Shown in pieces: positions 10,839-17,149 of a DNA stretch of 64,000 bases (positions are counted from its first letter, which is position 1; every line of letters starts with the position of its first letter). The DNA comes from Clostridia bacterium (GTDB taxonomy: Bacteria; Bacillota; Clostridia; Oscillospirales; CAG-272). The stretch covers positions 22,780-86,779 of the forward strand of contig JAGBTY010000050.1 of assembly GCA_017631085.1 (NCBI GenBank), read 5' to 3'. A program made the translations under genes and the position numbers. The notes under the pieces are model-generated. The model made no database searches, was not told the DNA's origin, and was given only the letters and a program-made list of their open reading frames with translations.

Positions 10839-12497
10839 TTAAAACTCAATAATACTTTCATCCCACATGTCGGGTGCTTCGTAACCCATAAGGTTTACCA
10901 TAGTTGCGGCAACGTTGGAAAGACCGAAGTTGCCCTTGTCCTCTTTGACCTTATAATCCTTGCTGTTTACGTTGTCGTAAATGATGCAGGGAACTGCGTT
11001 GAGGGTGTGGCTTGTCTTTGCTTTGAAGTTTCCGTTCTTGTCAGCCTTTGGAAGTCCCGTCTTCTTGTCTATCTCGTACATCTCGTCAGCGTTTCCGTGG
11101 TCTGCCGTGATAAGAGCGACACCGCCTACCTTGTCGAGAACGGGAAGTATACGTGCCAGCTGAAGATCAAGCGCTTCCATAGAGCATCTTGTTGCGAGAA
11201 GTGAGCCTGTGTGACCTACCATGTCTCCATTGGGGAAGTTTACACGGAGGTACTTATATTTGCCCGATTCGATGCACTCAATGAGCTTGTCGGTGATCTC
11301 TGCGCATTTCATCCAAGGTCTCTGCTCAAAGGGAACGACGTCAGAGGGGATCTCGATATAAGTCTCAAGCTCATCGGAGAATTTGCCCGAACGGTTTCCA
11401 TTCCAGAAATATGTTACGTGACCGTATTTCTGTGTCTCGGAAATTGCAAGCTGGTTGACACCTGTGTTTGCGAGATATTCGCTCATTGTATTGGTTATTT
11501 CGGGGGGAGAAACAAGATATCTCTGCGGAATGTGAAGGTCGCCGTCGTACTCGAGCATTCCCGCGTAAACTACCTTGGGAACTCTTACTCTGTCGAATTT
11601 GTCAAATTCACCCTCTGCCGCGTCAAATGCCTTGGAGATCTCGATTGAACGGTCACCGCGGAAATTGAAGAATATTACGCTGTCACCGTCCTCAACAGTA
11701 CCGACGGGCTTGCCGTCCTCTGCGATAACGAAGGGGGGGAGATCCTGGTCAATGACCTTTGCCTCAGCTCTGTATGTGTTTACTGCCTCTTCAGCAGATG
11801 CAAACTGTCTGCCTTCACCGAGAACGTGTGTTTGCCAACCGCGTTCAACCATAGACCAGTCAGCTTCGTATCTGTCCATGGTTATCTTCATGCGTCCGCC
11901 GCCCGATGCTATCTTAATGTCAAAGCTTGTGTCACGAAGCTCGGAGAGGAATGCTTCAAAGGGAAGAATGTATTCAAGAGCACTTGTCTCCCCAACGTCA
12001 CGTCCGTCTATGAGAATGTGAACTCTGACACGGGAGATACCCTCTTCTTTAGCTCTTATGATCATAGCCTTGAGGTGATCGATGTGAGAGTGAACGTTAC
12101 CGTCCGAGAAAAGACCGAGGAAGTGGAGAGTTCCGCCCGTTGTCTTTACGTTTGAGGTTATCTCATTCCAAGTGTTCGATGCGAACATTTTTCCGCTCTC
12201 GATCGATTGAGAAACCAGCTTTGCGCCCTGCGCGAATACCTGACCTGCTCCGAGTGCGTTGTGTCCGACCTCGGAGTTGCCCATGTCGTCGTCAGAGGGA
12301 AGACCAACTGCCGTTCCGTGAGCCTTGAGCTTTACCATAGGGTATTTTTCCATGAGCATATCAAGAGTAGGTGTATATGCACCTGCTACCGCATTTGCAA
12401 CAGTATCGGGAGCAAGTCCGACTCCGTCCATAACTATTGTAAGAACAGGACCTTTAACACCTTCAAATGAAGAAAGTTTTTTGAGTGTTGTAGCCAT
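10839..12497 (-). CDS. gpmI: 2,3-bisphosphoglycerate-independent phosphoglycerate mutase
   Basis: I prefer the ATG at 12497 (MATTLKKL, GGAGG upstream) to the track start at 12548. Motifs: LTIVMDGVG, MGNSEVGHNALGAG, HFLGLFSDGNVHSH, ITADHGNADEM. Confidence 0.93.
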   Translation of the reverse strand: MATTLKKLSSFEGVKGPVLTIVMDGVGLAPDTVANAVAGAYTPTLDMLMEKYPMVKLKAHGTAVGLPSDDDMGNSEVGHNALGAGQVFAQGAKLVSQSIESGKMFASNTWNEITSNVKTTGGTLHFLGLFSDGNVHSHIDHLKAMIIRAKEEGISRVRVHILIDGRDVGETSALEYILPFEAFLSELRDTSFDIKIASGGGRMKITMDRYEADWSMVERGWQTHVLGEGRQFASAEEAVNTYRAEAKVIDQDLPPFVIAEDGKPVGTVEDGDSVIFFNFRGDRSIEISKAFDAAEGEFDKFDRVRVPKVVYAGMLEYDGDLHIPQRYLVSPPEITNTMSEYLANTGVNQLAISETQKYGHVTYFWNGNRSGKFSDELETYIEIPSDVVPFEQRPWMKCAEITDKLIECIESGKYKYLRVNFPNGDMVGHTGSLLATRCSMEALDLQLARILPVLDKVGGVALITADHGNADEMYEIDKKTGLPKADKNGNFKAKTSHTLNAVPCIIYDNVNSKDYKVKEDKGNFGLSNVAATMVNLMGYEAPDMWDESIIEF

Positions 12498-12682
12498 TTT
12501 AGACCTCCGAATTAAAAATATTTTCCAATCTTTAATAGTATAACTCATTTTTTGTTTTTTTTCAAGTGTTTAGCAAAAAAATATAATATTTCTTCTAAAA
12601 AATGCCAAACTACTTGAAAAAAAGAATTTTCGGGTGTATAATAATATACGTTCAATGTTTTTTTAAGAAAGGGAAAAAAGAA

Positions 12683-13525
12683 ATGGCAGATGGATGCACA
12701 CACAACTGTTCGACCTGCTCGAGCAATTGTTCTTCTAAAGAAAAGAATTCGCTTAAGGAAAATCCTCATGAGCTGAGCAGCGTAAAGCATATAATCGCTG
12801 TTGTAAGCGGAAAGGGAGGAGTTGGAAAATCACTCGTTACCTCTATGCTTGCGGTAAATATGCAAAGACTCGGTTATAAGACCGCGATCCTTGACGCGGA
12901 TATTACCGGTCCGTCAATACCCAAGGCATTCGGTCTTCACGCGGGAGTTGACGGAGACGAACACGGAATGATACCTCCTACGACTACTTCGGGTATTGAT
13001 ATTATGTCTGTAAACCTTATGCTAGAAGACGAAACGAAGCCTGTGGTTTGGAGAGGACCGGTTATCGCAGGTGCTGTAAAACAGTTCTGGACAGATACTA
13101 TCTGGCACGATATTGACTATATGTTTATTGACTGTCCTCCCGGAACTGGTGACGTTCCCTTGACGGTATTCCAGTCTATTCCGATAGACGGTATCGTTAT
13201 AGTAAGCAGTCCTCAGGAGCTTGTTTCCATGATAGTTGCGAAAGCAGCAAATATGGCACAGATGATGGACGTTCCCGTATACGGACTCATTGAAAATATG
13301 AGCTACGTTAAATGTCCCGACTGCGGAAAAGAGATAAAGGTATTTGGTGATAGCCATATCGAAGAGATCGCCGATAAATTCGGTTATGACCTTCTTGCAA
13401 GAATACCTCTTGATCCAAAGCTGACGGCTCTTGTTGATAAGGGTTGGATAGAGATGATGAACAATGACTATCTCGAGACTGCAGCAGAGGTGCTCGTTAA
13501 CAGAACGACAAAAAAACCGGAATAA
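12683..13525 (+). CDS. Mrp/NBP35/ApbC-family Fe-S cluster carrier ATPase
   Basis: I prefer the ATG at 12683. Cys-rich N-terminus (CTHNCSTCSSNC), deviant Walker A SGKGGVGKS, and the CPDCG (CxxC) cluster-ligand motif. Confidence 0.88.
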   Translation: MADGCTHNCSTCSSNCSSKEKNSLKENPHELSSVKHIIAVVSGKGGVGKSLVTSMLAVNMQRLGYKTAILDADITGPSIPKAFGLHAGVDGDEHGMIPPTTTSGIDIMSVNLMLEDETKPVVWRGPVIAGAVKQFWTDTIWHDIDYMFIDCPPGTGDVPLTVFQSIPIDGIVIVSSPQELVSMIVAKAANMAQMMDVPVYGLIENMSYVKCPDCGKEIKVFGDSHIEEIADKFGYDLLARIPLDPKLTALVDKGWIEMMNNDYLETAAEVLVNRTTKKPE

Positions 13526-13530
13526 AAAAC

Positions 13531-13556
13531 AAAAGCGGCTTTATAGCCGCTTTTTG
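13531..13556. terminator. Bidirectional terminator hairpin
   Basis: AAAAGCGGCT-TTAT-AGCCGCTTTT between the convergent mrp-like (+) and LRR (-) genes. Confidence 0.65.
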
Positions 13557-13565
13557 TAAAAATAA

Positions 13566-14354
13566 TTAAGGCTTCGACGGAATATAGTTACAGGTTACTG
13601 ATATTTGATTTAAGATACTGTTGCCTTCTTTTATTTCGATTTTTTGATATTTTGAAATGCTTTCCTCATAAAGCAGTCCGCAAAGATCCTTGACACCGTC
13701 AAAGGCATAGGCTTCAATTACCTTTACACTTGTTGGGAGGAGATATTTTACTCCGGGACGCATTTGCGGATAACAAACGAGAGAGGTCTTGTCCTCTGAA
13801 AACAGTACGCCACCCACCGAGCAATAATAGTTATTGCTGGAGCTTACGTAAATTGCTATAAGAGAAGAACAACCAATAAAAGCTTTGTCTCCTATATATT
13901 TTACTGTGGCAGGGATCGTAATAGTGACGATCTCCTTGCAGTTTGCAAAGGCTTCCGCGGATATTTCCTCTACCACCTCTCCCGACGGACTTTTTGCGGG
14001 TATCTTTACTTCGGTATCCCGATACGTGCCAAGTCCCGAAATACAGCATGTGCCGTCTCCGTTTGATACGTAGAGTAGCTCATTGGCGCTTTGAGGTGTA
14101 TTGTTGTTTCCGTTTTGGTTTTTGTTTTCATCTGTAGGCGGAGTGGAAGAGAAAACATCTTGTGTCTTATTTTCTGTGTCTTGCGATTCTTCACCGGGGG
14201 TTCGTATGCATAACGCTACGATTCCGGCGGTTATCAGTATAAGACTTAATAAGGTAACTACAATTATGATGGCAAGCTTTTTCTTTGGCATTGCTTTAAG
14301 TTTTTCTTTTGCCTTTATTGTTTTTTCTTTGATCGAAATAAATATTTTTTTCAT
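13566..14354 (-). CDS. BspA-type LRR protein with an N-terminal transmembrane anchor
   Basis: N-terminal TM helix LAIIIVVTLLSLILITAGIVALCI, low-complexity linker, then LRR units (ISAEAFANCKEIVTITIPATVKYIGDKAFIGCSSL...). AAGGAG RBS. Confidence 0.75.
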   Translation of the reverse strand: MKKIFISIKEKTIKAKEKLKAMPKKKLAIIIVVTLLSLILITAGIVALCIRTPGEESQDTENKTQDVFSSTPPTDENKNQNGNNNTPQSANELLYVSNGDGTCCISGLGTYRDTEVKIPAKSPSGEVVEEISAEAFANCKEIVTITIPATVKYIGDKAFIGCSSLIAIYVSSSNNYYCSVGGVLFSEDKTSLVCYPQMRPGVKYLLPTSVKVIEAYAFDGVKDLCGLLYEESISKYQKIEIKEGNSILNQISVTCNYIPSKP

Positions 14355-14572
14355 TTTTCTTTCTCCTTATTTTTGCTTTTATGAGTTTATATTACCATAA
14401 TATGGAAATTATGTCAAATAATTTCGCTCGACAAATATAGTGACAAAGCAAACAAAAAGAAGAATAAAAAAATAAAAGTGAGTCCATGTGACAAAGTGTA
14501 ACAAGATAGACAGAAGTAGTGATTTTAGAAAGTGTAAAAAAACAAGTTTATTTTGGTTTTTAATGGTGAATT

Positions 14573-15580
14573 ATGGGTTTTAAGATTGGAAATACAGAAT
14601 TAAAATACGGACTGATGTTAGCGCCCATGGCAGGAGTTACGGATAAAAGCTTCAGAGCAATATGCCGCAGCTTCGGAGCGGAATATACTGTCAGCGAAAT
14701 GGTATCGGCAAAGGCACTGTGTTACGAATCGAGAGCCAAAAAGCAGACGGCGTCTGTTACGGCATCTCTTGCATACGTGAGTCGAGAGGAGCTACCATTT
14801 TCTGTTCAGCTTTTTGGGAGTGAGTCCGAATTTATGGCGGAAGCCGCCAAAATGATAGAGGAGCTTTCATATAAGGGTTGCCGCGCTGACTGTCCACCCA
14901 CTGCAATTGACGTAAACATGGGTTGTCCTATGAGAAAGATAACCGGAAACGGCGAGGGAAGCGCCCTGATGCGTCAGCCAATGCTTGCGGGTAAGATAAT
15001 TGAAAATATGGTAAAAAGTATATCCTTGCCCGTTACCGTAAAGATCCGTTCGGGTTGGGATAAGGACAGTGTAAATGCCGTTGAGATGGCAAAGGTACTT
15101 GAAGCGAGCGGTGCGTCTCTTATTTGCGTTCATGCAAGGACACGAGAGCAGCTTTATTCACCGGGAATAGACCTTGGAGTTATCGAGAGCGTGAAAAAAG
15201 CGGTAAAAATTCCGGTTGTGGGAAACGGAGATATTTATTCTGCGGCTGATGCTATGAATATGATAGAAAAAACGGGCTGCGACGGTGTTATGATAGGACG
15301 GGGAGCAGAGGGAAATCCGTGGATATTCAAGGAAATACTTTCGGCAATGGAAGGAATAAATTATATTCCACCGACAGTAGAAGAAAAAATCGAACTTGCT
15401 AAAATGCAGCTCCATGAAATGATAGCCGATAAAGGCGAAAGAGTAGGACTTGCCGAAGCGAAAAAGCATATTGCGTGGTACACTGCGGGAGTTGTTGGCT
15501 CTGCGAAGGCAAGAGCAGAGATAATGACAGCTACCACAAAGGAAGAAGTAGAAACGGTATTGAATGCTTTAGTTATTTAA
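14573..15580 (+). CDS. dusB: tRNA dihydrouridine synthase B
   Basis: LAPMAGVTD..FR, DVNMGCP (catalytic Cys), VTVKIR.GW, HARTREQ, GNGDI and MIGRGA motifs. Confidence 0.92.
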   Translation: MGFKIGNTELKYGLMLAPMAGVTDKSFRAICRSFGAEYTVSEMVSAKALCYESRAKKQTASVTASLAYVSREELPFSVQLFGSESEFMAEAAKMIEELSYKGCRADCPPTAIDVNMGCPMRKITGNGEGSALMRQPMLAGKIIENMVKSISLPVTVKIRSGWDKDSVNAVEMAKVLEASGASLICVHARTREQLYSPGIDLGVIESVKKAVKIPVVGNGDIYSAADAMNMIEKTGCDGVMIGRGAEGNPWIFKEILSAMEGINYIPPTVEEKIELAKMQLHEMIADKGERVGLAEAKKHIAWYTAGVVGSAKARAEIMTATTKEEVETVLNALVI

Positions 15581-15675
15581 TTGAAAATGGCTGTCTCAAA
15601 ATTGAGACAGCCGTTCAAGGCGCTGATAAACTTTGCCCACGAGAAGTGGGCTTTCAATTTGCACAAATCAAAAAG

Positions 15676-15836
15676 GCTCCCTTGTGTAAAGGGAGCTGTC
15701 GCGAAGCGACTGAGGGATTGTATCTGATAAAAGAATTTGTTTTTACAATCCCTCCGTCATTTTCTTGCGAAAATGCCACCTCCTCGATGTTTGCTTGGCA
15801 AACTCGACTCCATTGCGGTAGCTTTACACAAGGGAG
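15676..15836. repeat. Hairpin-dense intergenic element bounded by a 15-bp perfect inverted repeat (candidate structured RNA or MITE-like repeat)
   Basis: CTCCCTTGTGTAAAG (15677-15691) is the exact reverse complement of CTTTACACAAGGGAG (15822-15836). Five local hairpins lie inside: 15676-15696, 15698-15710, 15712-15754 (10-bp stem), 15758-15775 and 15789-15803. Confidence 0.4.
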
Positions 15837-15905
15837 GCGTTGGATTTATCAGCTTTGTTTATTTTGCTGATATTGATTTTAAAAACATACTTTGTGAGTA
15901 ATCCG

Positions 15906-15940
15906 AATGGCTGCCTCTGTTTTGAGGCAGCCATTTTCTG
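15906..15940 (+). terminator. Terminator-like hairpin with its T-tract on the + strand
   Basis: 12-bp stem AATGGCTGCCTC / GAGGCAGCCATT followed by TTCTG. The U-tract is only convincing in the + orientation, although the nearest gene end (15951) is on the - strand. Confidence 0.45.
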
Positions 15941-15950
15941 TGGGTATTTA

Positions 15951-17099
15951 TTATTCGTTGTCTTCTTTCTTTTTGCGTATAACTGCCGATGTGACAAGAA
16001 CTGTGATAATGCTAACGCCCATACCGCTTATGACCGACGAACCGCAGCCGATTTTTTGGGTATCGGTTACGTCTTCGGTGGTATCGCTAAAGATTATATT
16101 CGCGTTTTTCAACGTTTCGTTATCTTGACCAATATTGATAGCGCTCCATTTTTCCTCTGTGCCGCCGTAGTATACGTCGGTAAGGGAAGTACAATCTTTG
16201 AATGCAGACGCTCCAATGCTTGTTACGCTTATAGGAATAGTCACGCTCTCAAGGCTTGAACAGCCGGAGAACGTAGATATTCCAATGCTTGTTACCTTGT
16301 CGGAAATGTAAACACTCGCAAGAGATGAGCAATCGGCGAAAGCCAAATGCCCAATAGTCGTTACGCTGTCGGGAACAGTCATACTTACAAGGCTGTCACA
16401 ATCTCCAAAGGCATAATCTTTAATATTTGTTACGCTGTCGGGGATAGTCACATTCGTAAGACTTGAACAACCCGCGAACGCAGAGCTTCCAATGCCTGTA
16501 ACACCATCCGGAATATTTATGCTTGTAATGGCGGAACAATTCCGAAATGCGTGATTTTCAATTTTTGTTACACCGTTGGGAATAGATATGCTTGTGAGAG
16601 CGGAACAGCCGTCGAAGGCAGAAGCTCCAATGCTTGTTACAGAGTCGGGAATGGTTACGTTTGTGAGAGCGGAACAGCCGTCGAAGGCAGAAGCTCCGAT
16701 GCTTGTTACAGTGTCGGGAATGGTTACGTTTGTAAGAGAGGAACAACCTTTGAAGGCGGAAGCTCCGATGCTTGTCACTGTGTCGGGAATAGTCACGTTT
16801 GTAAGGTCAGAACAATTATCGAAGGCGCCCTCGCCAATACTTGTTACACCACTTTCGATAACAACAAACATGGGTCTTTTATCCCAAGGCGAGTAGCTCG
16901 GATAGTCATCCATTTCTCCTGTACCGCTTATAGTCAGTACTCCGGAGTCAAGATTCCAAGTCAGGTTTTCTCCGCAGTCCCCGGAGTTCGGAGCTATGCT
17001 GAGCGCCGACGTTGTGACCGCGCCGAGAGGTATCATTATAAATATCATGACAAATACAGAAATGGCGGAGATCACTTTGAGGTTTTTCATTTTTTTCAT
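15951..17099 (-). CDS. BspA-type LRR surface protein with a Cys-containing C-terminal sorting-signal-like tail
   Basis: I prefer the ATG at 17099 (GGAGG 8 nt upstream). Signal peptide, about 11 LRR units (NVTIPDTVTSIGASAFxGCSSLT). The C-terminus is GCGSSVISGMGVSIITVLVTSAVIRKKKEDNE. Confidence 0.85.
   Translation of the reverse strand: MKKMKNLKVISAISVFVMIFIMIPLGAVTTSALSIAPNSGDCGENLTWNLDSGVLTISGTGEMDDYPSYSPWDKRPMFVVIESGVTSIGEGAFDNCSDLTNVTIPDTVTSIGASAFKGCSSLTNVTIPDTVTSIGASAFDGCSALTNVTIPDSVTSIGASAFDGCSALTSISIPNGVTKIENHAFRNCSAITSINIPDGVTGIGSSAFAGCSSLTNVTIPDSVTNIKDYAFGDCDSLVSMTVPDSVTTIGHLAFADCSSLASVYISDKVTSIGISTFSGCSSLESVTIPISVTSIGASAFKDCTSLTDVYYGGTEEKWSAINIGQDNETLKNANIIFSDTTEDVTDTQKIGCGSSVISGMGVSIITVLVTSAVIRKKKEDNE
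15958..16050. repeat. Copy A of a 93-nt direct repeat (3' end of the LRR gene)
   Basis: Identical to 17154-17246 at 91 of 93 positions by eye alignment. Encodes the GCGSSV..RKKKED tail. Confidence 0.9.
16596..16733. repeat. Near-perfect 69-bp tandem duplication inside the LRR gene
   Basis: Units 16596-16664 and 16665-16733 differ at 2 positions. Flanking 69-nt units are more diverged. Confidence 0.85.
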
Positions 17100-17149
17100 T
17101 TTCGTTTCCTCCAATAGAATGATATTTGTCTTTTGGGATTTACAGATTA

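Noticed and set aside
14440-14495. A 9-nt direct repeat GTGACAAAG (about 14440 and about 14487) upstream of dusB, considered as a possible operator.
   Set aside because: It is short, lies in AT-rich intergenic DNA, has no dyad symmetry and is not positioned relative to a recognisable promoter. It is compatible with chance.
15589-15612. The hairpin GGCTGTCTC-AAAATT-GAGACAGCC as the dusB intrinsic terminator.
   Set aside because: It is followed by GTTCAAGG and has no U-tract. A short GC hairpin at about 15634-15650 followed by TTTCAATTT, or the distal hairpin at 15906-15935, is more terminator-like. It is kept only as part of the intergenic-structure finding.
15475-16259. Track ORFs 15475-15870 (131 aa) and 15840-16259 (139 aa) crossing the dusB-LRR intergenic region.
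   Set aside because: The first starts inside dusB out of frame and reads through five hairpins with no RBS. The second is mostly antisense to the LRR gene tail. The region is better explained as non-coding structure.
16551-17117. + strand ORFs (16551-17117 and 16576-16896) with internally repeated sequence.
   Set aside because: They mirror the 69-nt LRR periodicity of the minus-strand gene, which has a signal peptide, an RBS and the canonical LRR consensus.
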